Assembly: GCA_020833415.1 (NCBI GenBank)
Contig: JAJHQJ010000008.1
Coordinates: forward strand, 15,991 to 39,990
Direction of reading: 5' to 3'
Origin: Desulfurococcaceae archaeon
Lineage (GTDB): Archaea > Thermoproteota > Thermoprotei_A > Sulfolobales > NBVN01
DNA length: 24,000 bases
The first letter of the stretch is position 1; every line of letters begins with the position of its first letter. The notes under the pieces are model-generated. The model searched no databases, was not told where the DNA came from, and was given only the letters and a program-made list of their open reading frames with translations. Shown here piece by piece: positions 7,351-15,688 of the stretch. The position numbers and the translations under genes are program-made.

Positions 7351-7945
7351 GGGGAGTTACCGGGTAAAGAGGATTTATAAGCTTTCCTCTAATCTCTGCC
7401 TCAAAGGGTAAGGCTTCCGACCGTAATTTACGTAGCGGTGTACTACAGAGGACAGCAATACGCAACCTTCACATGTACAACCACAGTCTGATCCCCCCTA
7501 AGGGTGTCGTTCTACGGGACAACTTACTGCTCTCCGCGACTGCTTAAGGCTGCGTCGGTCGCCTCGGGATAGCTTGGGCAGTCAAAGACTCTCCCATTGC
7601 GCAGAAAAATGATCAAGAATACGGCTGGTTGCCGAGGACGAGACTAACCCGGTGCCCGGACCCTAACGGAGTACTATACAGAGATAGAGAGGTAGGGAGT
7701 TCGAGCTATTCGCATGATGTGTAGAACTCTCTACGTTCAAACTTAATTAGTATTCCAGTAGACCCTCTGTGGGGTGATCCCAATTACAACCCCCTCAGAC
7801 GTGCTTAATGCAAGACTCAGTAGGTTCCAGAAACTCCTAAGAAATAGAGGGCTGGATTGTGCTATGATACGCACTCTCTCAGACTTCAAGTACTTCACCG
7901 GGACCAAATGGCTCAGGCCCGCTCTGCTAATACCTTCGGATGGGC

Positions 7946-8129
7946 TGTTTTAGTTCCCATAATCATTTGTATCCCTCGTATTTGTTGATCTATAAGACCT
8001 CTTAACGCTGTGAGGTATGCTGACGCTACAGAAACTTTATAAAGTCTTCTGTGTAACTAGGATGCGTGGATGAACTCGATGAGCTAGGTGAGGGGGACTC
8101 CTAGGGCCGTCTTCGGCGAGGGGAGTTGG
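7946..8129 (-). repeat. copy B of the promoter-bearing repeat element, inserted in the M24 gene
   Basis: Core 8068-8123 is the reverse complement of 340-395 (54/56). TATA tttataaa at 8036-8043 lies 25 nt upstream of the core start and fires rightward. The 8-mer ggatgggc is present at 7938-7945 and again at 8130-8137, immediately flanking the element. Confidence 0.65.
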
Positions 8130-8383
8130 GGATGGGCCACTAGGCGACTAGTGGCAACCACTCCCGTAGTACGGGGGCGGCCCCGGAGGGAGCCGTTGAG
8201 AGGCAGGTGGTGGGGAGCTGGAATCGGTGAAGATGAAAGACTATGAACCACCATCTGCTGAGAAACGGTTGAGCGGGACTCGTACATACTGTTCTACGAG
8301 ATGTTTAAGAGGGCTAATAGAGACGTTGAGGTAGTCGATGTTGGGGACCTGCTTATGGAGATGCTGTCAAGGACGGCTACGAG

Positions 8384-9052
8384 GTGGAGGCAATAACTAA
8401 GGCCGCAGAGGTGTCGAGTAGGGTCCTCGAGAGGGCCCTCGGCGCTGTAAAGGAGGGGGTTTCGGAACTCGATATTGCTGCTGAGGCGTACAGCCTAGCC
8501 TTTAAGTTAGGGTCGGAAGAGCCTCACATATACGTTAATGTTGGACCGCATCCTAGGGTTCACGCTGAGCCACTCAGAGACTCAGTAGTTAGAGACGGTG
8601 TTCTAGTAACTCTCGTAGTAGGGGCTGACTTCAGAGGTTATTACGCAAACACCTCGGTATCCACGTTCGTAGGGAGCTCGATGCCGGATGAGATTAAAAA
8701 AGCCCTTACCTGTGCTATGAAGGTCTACGACGAGGCCGCGGTCTTAACTAAGCCGGGAACTAGGCCAATTCAGGTGATGAGTCGCCTCGACACCATATAC
8801 TCGGAGTACGGTCTCCTTGACAGGAGGTTAGTCGGTTACCTGCACGGTGTAGGCCTCCAAGTGGAGGAGTTTCCTATAACCACCATAGTACCCTCCCACA
8901 GAGCTGCTGAACTAAGGATAGGGATGGTAATCGCCCTAGTACACCCACCTATAATGTTACCGAAATACGGAACCGTCAAGATAGAGGATACGTTCGTTAT
9001 AGTGGAGGAAGGCCTTAGGAGACTGACATCAGCTAGGGAGCTCGTATTGTAA
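8384..9052 (+). CDS. M24 (pita-bread fold) C-terminal domain ORF, probably a remnant or non-catalytic
   Basis: Intact 222-codon ORF with prolidase-like blocks (YLHGVGLQVEEFP, GTVKIEDTFVIVEEGLRRLT). Three of the five canonical metal-ligand positions appear substituted. It lacks its N-terminal domain in frame. Confidence 0.5.
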   Translation: MEAITKAAEVSSRVLERALGAVKEGVSELDIAAEAYSLAFKLGSEEPHIYVNVGPHPRVHAEPLRDSVVRDGVLVTLVVGADFRGYYANTSVSTFVGSSMPDEIKKALTCAMKVYDEAAVLTKPGTRPIQVMSRLDTIYSEYGLLDRRLVGYLHGVGLQVEEFPITTIVPSHRAAELRIGMVIALVHPPIMLPKYGTVKIEDTFVIVEEGLRRLTSARELVL

Positions 9053-9477
9053 GAGTATCTGATAAGCAGTCTAAGAGCTCGGACCAGCATCCCACCCTAA
9101 AGGGCCGTGTCTTCGGTTAAAGTACTCTAACGGCGAGCTAACTAGAGCACCTGAGTACCGCACCATACTATCAAGTCCGGTAGCGTAAGCCAGAACTACC
9201 AGTAGTTCACAGAGGCGGTTATCTACGGTGCTCTGCCGGGTCTCGGGGTTCCGCACTTACGTTGGGCTAAGGACTTACAAGCCTTATGCTGGTATTGCCG
9301 TGGTCTCACCTAAGCCCTCTACGGAGATGCGGGATCAGTAGCCACAGACGTGGGGAAGACCCATCTAAGATGGGGATCTCCAACAGCCCAGCTAAAAAGA
9401 GTTTTAAGTAATCTAATACCAGCTGAGCTGGCCCCGCTGTGTGGTAGGTGTGGACGTGGACTACGCTAGTGAAATGC

Positions 9478-9483
9478 TTATAA
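9478..9483 (+). promoter_or_regulatory. TATA box candidate for the pyrophosphatase gene
   Basis: gcttataagc motif. It predicts a TSS near 9507, which favours the in-frame GTG at 9517 over the TTG at 9490 as the start. Confidence 0.4.
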
Positions 9484-9489
9484 GCAGAG

Positions 9490-11574
9490 TTGCGAGTACC
9501 GGAAAAAGGGTCTACTGTGCTACCCCTAGTACTGAGTGCCGTAGTTGGTGCTGCAGTACTAATGTTCGCAGTCTACCTAGCTATATCGGTACTCAGGTAC
9601 CCCCCTGGTAGTGGTAGGGCTCTGGAGATCCACGAGTTCATAAAGGAGGGTGCCAGGGCCTACCTAAGGAGGCAGTACGGGGTTATAGTCTCAATCTCGG
9701 TAGCTATAGCAGTAGCCATACTAGTAGCGAGCATAGTAGCAGGAAGACCATCCCCATGGAGGGCACCGCTCCTATTCCTAGCCGGTTCGTTCTCCTCCGT
9801 AGCTGCCGGTTACTTTGGTATGCTGGTAGCAACCAGGGCTAACGTTAGGACTGTAAATGCTGTAGTAACTGGGGGTCTCCGGGTGGCCTTCGGGGTGGCC
9901 TTTAAGGGAGGCCTGGTGATGGGGCTTACGGTGGCTGGACTAGGTACTTTCGCTGTAGCTGTAGCCCTACTAGCACTCGGATTCTCAGATGAGGTCATTA
10001 GGGACTCGATCTACTACGCCTTCGGTGCCTCAGCAGTAGCTCTATTCGCTAGGGTTGGTGGTGGGATATACACTAAGGCTGCTGACGTAGGGGCCGACCT
10101 GGTGGGTAAGGTTGAGGTAGGTATACCGGAGGACGACCCAAGGAACCCCGGTGTGATAGCGGATAACGTAGGTGATAACGTAGGTGACGTAGCTGGTATG
10201 GGGGCGGATCTCTTCGAGTCCTACGTGGAGGCTATAATATCAACCATGGTGGTAGCCCTAGCCCTAGCTGTAGCTACCCAGGTCAGCTACGCCCTACTAC
10301 CGCTGGCGGTCTCGGCAGCCGGTCTAGTAGCCTCAGCAGCCTCGGTACTATTCACAATGGTCCTACCCATTAGAGACCCAGCTAAGGCCCTATCGACAGC
10401 TAGCCTAGCTTCGGCAGTCCTAATAGCAGTCCTCAGCCTACCGGTCTCTCTCTACCTACTGGGTCCTGAGGCAGGTCTTAGGGCCTGGCTTACGGTGGTC
10501 GCCGGGCTGGTCGCGGGGGTCGTTGTGGGGCTTACAAGTGACTACTTCACTAGGAAGGGGCTACCACCGACGGCTAAGGTAGCTGAGATGTCCCAGATGG
10601 GGCCTGCACTGACGATCCTATCAGGCATGTCCTACGGCTTCATGAGTGTTGTCATACCATCTGTTGGAATAGCCGTGGCGGCCCTAGTAGCGTACGCCCT
10701 CACGGCCCCCCTGGGTGGCTTCTGGTACGGTATCTACGGGGTAGCTCTATCGGCCGTCGGTATGCTCTCCCTAACGGGCTTCGTAGTTGGGGCTGATGCC
10801 TACGGCCCTATAACCGATAACGCAGCCGGTATAGCTGAGCAGGCTGGGTTCGGGGAGGATGTCAGGTCTGTGACAGACCTACTGGACTCAGCCGGTAACA
10901 CCATGAAGTCCATATCTAAGGGCTACGCGATAGGTTCGGCAGCCCTCACAGCACTAGCCCTACTAGCAGCCTACATCAGCGTATTACCTAGGGATAAGGT
11001 GGATATGAGTCAGCTCAACCTCCTCAACTCCTACGTAGTTGCCGGGTTCTTCATAGGTATGGCCGTTCCAGCTCTCTTCACCTCCATAGTACTTAGAGCA
11101 GTCAGCGACGCAGCCTTCGAACTGATAGCCGAGATAAGGAGGCAGTTCAGGGAGAGACCGGGAATACTGGAGTTCAGGGAGAGGCCCGACTACGGTAGGG
11201 CTGTTGACGTAGTTACCAAGTATGCTATAAAGAGGCTCGTAATCCCGGGCCTCATAGCTATTGCAGTACCAGTAGTAGTTGGGGTAACCCTAGGCATCTA
11301 TGCACTAGCAGGTACCCTAGCGGGAGCCATAGTCTCGGGACTACTCCTAGGCCTCTTCCAGGGTAACGTGGGTAACACCTGGGATAACGCTAAGAAGTAC
11401 ATAGAGGAGGGTCACTTCGGCGGTAAGGGTAGTGAGGCACACAAAGCTGCTGTAATAGGGGATACAGTTGGGGATCCACTGAAGGATGCTGCAGGTCCCT
11501 CGCTAAACATACTCATAAAGCTTATGAGTGTAGTTGCGATCTCCATAGCCCCCGTCCTCGCGGCCCTAGCCTAA
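9490..11574 (+). CDS. hppA: membrane-bound proton-translocating inorganic pyrophosphatase (V-type H+-PPase)
   Basis: Diagnostic motifs [52 protein letters not shown] and [22 protein letters not shown]. About 16 TM, 694 aa. The true start is possibly GTG 9517. Confidence 0.95.
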   Translation: MRVPEKGSTVLPLVLSAVVGAAVLMFAVYLAISVLRYPPGSGRALEIHEFIKEGARAYLRRQYGVIVSISVAIAVAILVASIVAGRPSPWRAPLLFLAGSFSSVAAGYFGMLVATRANVRTVNAVVTGGLRVAFGVAFKGGLVMGLTVAGLGTFAVAVALLALGFSDEVIRDSIYYAFGASAVALFARVGGGIYTKAADVGADLVGKVEVGIPEDDPRNPGVIADNVGDNVGDVAGMGADLFESYVEAIISTMVVALALAVATQVSYALLPLAVSAAGLVASAASVLFTMVLPIRDPAKALSTASLASAVLIAVLSLPVSLYLLGPEAGLRAWLTVVAGLVAGVVVGLTSDYFTRKGLPPTAKVAEMSQMGPALTILSGMSYGFMSVVIPSVGIAVAALVAYALTAPLGGFWYGIYGVALSAVGMLSLTGFVVGADAYGPITDNAAGIAEQAGFGEDVRSVTDLLDSAGNTMKSISKGYAIGSAALTALALLAAYISVLPRDKVDMSQLNLLNSYVVAGFFIGMAVPALFTSIVLRAVSDAAFELIAEIRRQFRERPGILEFRERPDYGRAVDVVTKYAIKRLVIPGLIAIAVPVVVGVTLGIYALAGTLAGAIVSGLLLGLFQGNVGNTWDNAKKYIEEGHFGGKGSEAHKAAVIGDTVGDPLKDAAGPSLNILIKLMSVVAISIAPVLAALA

Positions 11575-11595
11575 TCCGTTTTCTTCTCTTAAGCT
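11575..11595 (+). terminator. pyrimidine/T-rich tract downstream of hppA (candidate archaeal terminator)
   Basis: tccgttttcttctctt lies directly after the TAA stop. Archaeal termination commonly uses oligo-T tracts. Confidence 0.3.
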
Positions 11596-11622
11596 CCTTA
11601 GGGAACTATCTAGTGGTGTAGG

Positions 11623-13071
11623 TTGAGGTACTACCTAGTTAAGGAGTCGTCTGAGATCCCACTAAAGTCCTGGAGAACTAGGTCTAGGTTTGAGAGAGCT
11701 CTAGCTAGGGCTCTCGAGAGAGCACTAGCAGGTACCGGGGCTAGCTCTAAGGTTAGGTACTCCCAGGGAGTATTCTACGTAGAGACCGATAGGGATGTAT
11801 CGGACGCACTTAGCAGGGTCTTCGGTATCCACGACTTCTGCGAGGTAGTCCCCCACGGGTTCAGCTCCCTAGACGATATTGCGAAGAGAGCTGAGGAGCT
11901 GTTTAGGGATCTAGTAGCCGGTAGGAGGTTCGCAGTAAGGGTTAAGAGGTCCGGGGACCACAGCTTTACCTCGCTAGACGTAGCGAGGGTCGTGGGGGCT
12001 GCGCTACTAAGGTACTCAGCTGGTGTAGACCTCGACAACCCGGAGGTTGAGGTGAGGATCGAGGTTAGGGGAGACTACGCCTACTACGTAACTAGGTGCT
12101 GGAGGGGTATGGGAGGACTACCGGTGGGGACCGAAGGTAGAGCCCTGACCTTGTTCTCCGGGGGCTTTGACTCGACCCTAGCCTCGATCCTAGCTGCTAA
12201 GAGGGGTGCTGAGGTGGACTTCCTCCACCTCTACATGGGGTCTGCCGAGGCTACGGAGGCCGCTGTAGCGGTAGCTAAGGAAGTAGCCAAGTTCTTCACC
12301 CCCTACGAGCCCAGGCTCGTCGTGGTTAACTTCGTACCGGTACTAGCCGAGGTTAGGTCCAAGGTTGAGGGTAGGCTTAGGCAGGTAGTTCTGAGGGTAC
12401 TGATGCACGAGGTAGCCCAAGCACTCGCTGAGAGGCTGGGGTACGATGCGGTGGTTACAGGTGAGTCTGTCGGTCAGGCGTCCTCGCAGACCCTGAAGAA
12501 CCTACGTGTAGTTGACTATCTGGTAAGGCCGAGGGCCGCCATACTAAGACCCCTGGCAGCCGCGGATAAGGAGGAGATAGTCTCCAAGGTTAGGGAGCTC
12601 GGGCTCTTCGACTACGTGGCCAAGGTTGAGGAGGTGTGCAGAATCTCAGAGGGCCCCGTGGAGACTAGGGCCAGCGTTGAGGAGGTTGAGGAGGCTCTGA
12701 GGTATGTGAGTAGGGACGTAGTGGAGGGGGTCGTAGCTAACTACAGGGTCTACGACGTGAGTAGGGTTACGGCGGAGGAGGTGTTGAAGGGGGTTGGGGC
12801 TGACGTAGAGGTGGATGAGGTACCGCCTGGGTGGCTACTAGTCGATATCAGGGACTTCCGTAGGTACTCAGAGGACCACCTGCCCGGGGCTATTCACATA
12901 TCTCAGCTGGGTAGGGTTGATACCCCAGTAGTACTGTACTGTGACTACGGCTCAGCCAGCCTACTGGCAGCTCTAGAGCTTAGGAAGACCGGTGTACAGG
13001 CCTACAGCCTTAGGGGAGGAGTCGTAGGCTACAGGAGGAGGGTTGGGGAGGTTAGGTGCGGACCTACCTAG
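11623..13071 (+). CDS. thiI: tRNA 4-thiouridine synthase ThiI with C-terminal rhodanese domain
   Basis: N-terminal ferredoxin-like/THUMP region. PP-loop LTLFSGGFDSTLAS. C-terminal rhodanese-like block WLLVDIRDFRRYSEDHLPGAIHI...VVLYCDYGSAS with an active-site-type Cys (TGT 12940-12942). TTG start. Confidence 0.85.
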   Translation: MRYYLVKESSEIPLKSWRTRSRFERALARALERALAGTGASSKVRYSQGVFYVETDRDVSDALSRVFGIHDFCEVVPHGFSSLDDIAKRAEELFRDLVAGRRFAVRVKRSGDHSFTSLDVARVVGAALLRYSAGVDLDNPEVEVRIEVRGDYAYYVTRCWRGMGGLPVGTEGRALTLFSGGFDSTLASILAAKRGAEVDFLHLYMGSAEATEAAVAVAKEVAKFFTPYEPRLVVVNFVPVLAEVRSKVEGRLRQVVLRVLMHEVAQALAERLGYDAVVTGESVGQASSQTLKNLRVVDYLVRPRAAILRPLAAADKEEIVSKVRELGLFDYVAKVEEVCRISEGPVETRASVEEVEEALRYVSRDVVEGVVANYRVYDVSRVTAEEVLKGVGADVEVDEVPPGWLLVDIRDFRRYSEDHLPGAIHISQLGRVDTPVVLYCDYGSASLLAALELRKTGVQAYSLRGGVVGYRRRVGEVRCGPT

Positions 13072-14329
13072 AGATCTCCACTACCTCGCCAATCCGAGGT
13101 ATGTAGACCTCGTAGGACCCCTCGAGGGACTTAGCCAGAGTGTAGGCAGCTTCGTTCGTGTGTACTACGACTACAGCCTCCAGCTCCTGGAAGGACTTAA
13201 TAACCCTTAGGAGGCCGCTGAACCCCGTATGACTTGAGAAGTCGAACCACTGGACCCTAGCCCTAACTGGGCCTAGATCCTCGAGAGCCCCCTGCTCTAG
13301 TAGCCTCCTACCGGGGGTTGCCGGGGCCTGATAGGATACTAGGAACACGGCGTTCCTAGGGTTATCGTAGAACTTCTTGAGGTAGTAGAGGGCTGGACCA
13401 CCCTTAAGCATCCCAGCTGATGCAACTACGACCACGCCCTCGGACCTAACTATCTTACGTCTCTGCCCAGCTGACTTAACCTCCTCGAACTCCTCTAGGG
13501 CTCTTACCAGTAGCTCGTAGCGGTTAACGTACTCAGGGTAACTTACTAGGATGCTGTTTATGGTCCTAACCATACCGTCGTAGTATACCGTACCACCGCT
13601 AAACCTCTCGTAGAGGAGGGTGAGTACCTCCTGAGCCCTCCCCAGGCTGAAGGACGGTACGAGGACGTTCCCCCCGGACTCCACGACCTCCCTAACGGAT
13701 TCTATGAAGTCCCTCTCAACTTCCTCCCTATCCGGGTGGTCTACGTCAGCATACGTACCCTCGATAATGAGTACGTCGGCCTTGAGTCCGTAGCTATCGT
13801 AGCCCCTAACTAGCCTGGTATCTACGGTGTTGACGTCCCCGGTGTACGCTACCCTAAAGTCCCCTAGGTCTAGTAGGTAGGCCTGGCTACCCGGTATGTG
13901 GCCTGCGTTGAAGGTCCTCAGGGTCACCCCCTCTACCTCCACCTCCTCCCCTGTCTCGACGTACCTAACGAACTCCACAGCCCTATACCAATCCACCTCA
14001 TCGAACGGTAGGTAGTACCCGGAGACCTTTATGAAGTCCTTTATCAGTACCTCGGAGAACGCCTTCGTGGGCCTGTTCATAATGAGTACCGGCTGGGCCC
14101 TGGAGGTGTAGAGTAGTGGGACGGCCCCCACGTGGTCTAGGTGTGCGTGAGTTACAGCAACTAGGGACAACTCCGACGGCCTTACGTGCTCGGGGAGCTG
14201 GGGGGCGTCGCTCTCGGAGAAGTTCACACCGTAGTCTAGGAGTACCGTCCTACCCCCGCTACTGACAGCTATGGCTGTCCTACCTACTTCGAGGCCTCCG
14301 CCCAGTACCCTTATCTCTAGCTTGGGCAC
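13064..14329 (-). CDS. metallo-beta-lactamase / beta-CASP family ribonuclease (aCPSF2-like, no KH domains)
   Basis: HxHxDH motif VTHAHLDHVGAVP, followed by beta-CASP-like blocks (DVLIIEGTY, HTGFSG). 421 aa, which fits the short archaeal CPSF paralog. Convergent 8-nt overlap with thiI. Confidence 0.8.
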   Translation of the reverse strand: MPKLEIRVLGGGLEVGRTAIAVSSGGRTVLLDYGVNFSESDAPQLPEHVRPSELSLVAVTHAHLDHVGAVPLLYTSRAQPVLIMNRPTKAFSEVLIKDFIKVSGYYLPFDEVDWYRAVEFVRYVETGEEVEVEGVTLRTFNAGHIPGSQAYLLDLGDFRVAYTGDVNTVDTRLVRGYDSYGLKADVLIIEGTYADVDHPDREEVERDFIESVREVVESGGNVLVPSFSLGRAQEVLTLLYERFSGGTVYYDGMVRTINSILVSYPEYVNRYELLVRALEEFEEVKSAGQRRKIVRSEGVVVVASAGMLKGGPALYYLKKFYDNPRNAVFLVSYQAPATPGRRLLEQGALEDLGPVRARVQWFDFSSHTGFSGLLRVIKSFQELEAVVVVHTNEAAYTLAKSLEGSYEVYIPRIGEVVEISR

Positions 14330-14382
14330 ACCCTATCCTCACCCTTATTAGCTCCTCGGAGTATTAAGCTCAGGTGCTCTAG

Positions 14383-14754
14383 GTGCTTCCCGTTAACCTC
14401 AGGGAGCTGAGGAGGATGCTTAAGAGGTACGGCGTTGAGGTTGAGGAGCTCCAGGGCGTTAAGGGGGTTACCATATCGGCGGAGGACTACGAGATAGTCA
14501 TCAGGGACCCCCAGGTAGCCATCCTTAACCTAGGTCAGCAGAAGGTCGTACAGATAGTGTGCTCAAGTCTTGAGAGGGTGAGGAGGGAGACTAGGGAGGT
14601 CCCTAGGCCGGCCGTAGCCGAGGAGGACGTGGAGTTCGTCGCTGAGCAGACCGGCGTATCTAGGGAGGAGGCCGCCAAGGCCATAGCCGAGGCCGGTGGG
14701 GACGTAGCTAGGGCCATAATGATACTGCAGGAGAGGAGGTCCAGAGGTAGCTAG
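14383..14754 (+). CDS. nac: nascent polypeptide-associated complex protein (archaeal NAC, NAC + UBA domains)
   Basis: NAC domain region RELRRMLKRYGVEVEEL...VVQIV and a C-terminal UBA-like EEDVEFVAEQTGVSREEAAKAIAEAGGDVARAIMIL. 123 aa. Confidence 0.85.
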   Translation: MLPVNLRELRRMLKRYGVEVEELQGVKGVTISAEDYEIVIRDPQVAILNLGQQKVVQIVCSSLERVRRETREVPRPAVAEEDVEFVAEQTGVSREEAAKAIAEAGGDVARAIMILQERRSRGS

Positions 14755-15467
14755 CGGATTGCCCTAGCCCTGGACTTAGACACTAGCCTCTCCCTAAGTG
14801 ACCTAACTAGGCTATCGACTGTCGGGTGCGTGGAGACTATCAGGGGCATCATCTCCCTATCGGCCAGCCTTATGGCTAGGACGTCCACCACCTTGGGGGA
14901 GTGTACCACTACGGCTGCGGGCTTGGTTGGAGCCACCCGGACGGCCACCATGGGGGACCTACCGGTGCTCACCTTAGTGAATACGAGGGCCCTCATACTC
15001 GATAGCCCCATAATACTCCAGAACTCATTCCCCCTCAACCCCTCGATCGCCTCGTAGCTATCGAGTACTGTGTACCCGTATATGGGTAGGGCTACGAACC
15101 TCGAGTTAACTATGTAGCCCTCGACGGCGGCTACGAGCTCGTCCAGACCCACGGGTCTACTGAACTCCACAACATCTATAACCCCGGTAGCTAGTATCCC
15201 CATGCTCTGAGCCAGCCGCTTAGTCACCGGGTAGCCGGACGCCTCGTCGTACTTAATCAGGGACTCTATGAAGGACTTCAGGAACTTCATCCCCGGCCTA
15301 CGCCTATTCTTCTCGTAGTCGCTCACCACGCTCGAGGCAACCCCCAGGTACTTAGCTAGCTCAACCTGGCTAAGCCCGAAGACGGTCCTCCACTTCTTAA
15401 TAGCCTGACCCGGGTCGTCGCTGAAGACTACGTCCCCAGCAATCCTCCTCTTAACCTCCTCCACCAC
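14751..15467 (-). CDS. HTH (XRE-type) transcriptional regulator with C-terminal domain of unknown function (COG1395-like)
   Basis: HTH segment FGLSQVELAKYLGVASSVVSDYEKNRRRPG and 238 aa. This architecture is typical of a conserved archaeal putative regulator family. TATA-like gttataag lies about 50 nt upstream. Confidence 0.65.
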   Translation of the reverse strand: MVEEVKRRIAGDVVFSDDPGQAIKKWRTVFGLSQVELAKYLGVASSVVSDYEKNRRRPGMKFLKSFIESLIKYDEASGYPVTKRLAQSMGILATGVIDVVEFSRPVGLDELVAAVEGYIVNSRFVALPIYGYTVLDSYEAIEGLRGNEFWSIMGLSSMRALVFTKVSTGRSPMVAVRVAPTKPAAVVVHSPKVVDVLAIRLADREMMPLIVSTHPTVDSLVRSLRERLVSKSRARAIR

Positions 15468-15565
15468 ATACCTAGATATCAGCTACCCACACCCGGATCG
15501 AAGAAACACAGCTGAACTTATAACCTAGCCCACCGCGGGCCGTGGTACGGTGGTGCTGTAGAGGG

Positions 15566-15622
15566 TATCAGTGCTCGAGTCCTTGGGATCACCGGTCATC
15601 TTCGGCGGAGTCATCATCTCCC
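15566..15622 (-). ncRNA. weaker second C/D box sRNA candidate
   Basis: On the minus strand: exact C box ATGATGA (15617-15611) and D box CTGA (15571-15568) 39 nt later, giving the typical ~50-nt size. Internal boxes are degenerate (TGAC or ATGA as D', GTGATCC as C'). TATA tttataa at 15661-15655 is upstream. It lies in a 221-nt intergenic spacer. Confidence 0.3.
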
Positions 15623-15688
15623 CGCGTTCCTCCGCGATCCCTGCCTACGGGTACTTATAAACTACTAGACCCTAGCGCAAGACCTCCC

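Larger units (their letters stand above)
7774..9052 (+). pseudogene. disrupted M24B (Xaa-Pro peptidase/prolidase-like) gene
   Basis: N-terminal domain fragment VLNARLSRFQKLLRNRGLDCAMIRTLSDFKYFTGTKWLRPALLIPSDG (7801-7944). It is followed by repeat copy B, which provides a stop at 7951-7953. The middle part is readable only in another frame (…GIGEDERL*TTIC*ETVERDSYILFYEMFKRANRDVEVVDVGDLLMEM) with stops at 8244-8246 and 8259-8261. A frameshift near 8361-8366 precedes AVKDGYEVEAITKAAEV and the intact 222-codon C-terminal ORF. Confidence 0.65.

Noticed and set aside
7504-7572. Short frame reading VSFYGTTYCSPRLLKAASVASG*, which resembles the start of a glutaredoxin/NrdH-like protein (compare LYLYGATWCPYC at 18325-19008)
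   Set aside because: Only about 22 codons are open, the second active-site Cys is missing and no further similarity follows. It may be a relic but cannot be supported.
8068-8085. Five-codon mini-ORF ATG AAC TCG ATG AGC TAG at the predicted 5' end of the core; copy A has TCT, a synonymous difference
   Set aside because: One synonymous difference out of two mismatches is not evidence of coding selection, and a 5-aa peptide cannot be assessed from sequence.
338-8137. The two inverted repeat copies considered as ends of a 7.8-kb composite mobile element or invertible segment
   Set aside because: The enclosed genes (MATE, hypA plus partner, xpd, flavin reductase-like) look like native housekeeping genes with native composition. 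No recombinase or transposase is present. The N-terminal M24 fragment lies inside and the C-terminal part outside, which fits a local small insertion better. Homologous inversion between the copies remains possible but is unsupported.
8084-8287. Track ORF 8084-8287(-), 67 aa
   Set aside because: It is a Pro/Ser/Leu-rich low-complexity translation antisense to the M24 remnant and repeat core. There are no motifs and no promoter geometry.
8068-8290. Tested whether the GC-rich structured stretch after the core (including the ccactag-gcga-ctagtgg hairpin and ccccggagggagcc) is SRP RNA or RNase P RNA. The same question was asked of 7154-7350.
   Set aside because: The conserved RNase P elements I remember (GGAAAGUCC-type CR-I, ACAGAA) are absent. 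The helix-8-like hairpin lacks the SRP symmetric/asymmetric loop pattern, and the length is too short. Much of 8139-8363 is better explained as decayed M24 coding sequence.
8773-8779. C-box-like heptamers inside coding sequence: GTGATGA at 8773-8779, TTGATGA at 21723-21729, and the minus-strand CTGATGA near 4343
   Set aside because: No CTGA D box lies at the required ~40-nt distance with 12-nt spacers, and all sit within well-supported CDSs.
9071-9256. Track ORF 9071-9256(-), 61 aa, and a 41-codon ATG ORF at 9287-9412(+)
   Set aside because: No recognisable motifs, no TATA box at an appropriate distance, and both lie in a compositionally atypical spacer. The evidence is insufficient to call them.
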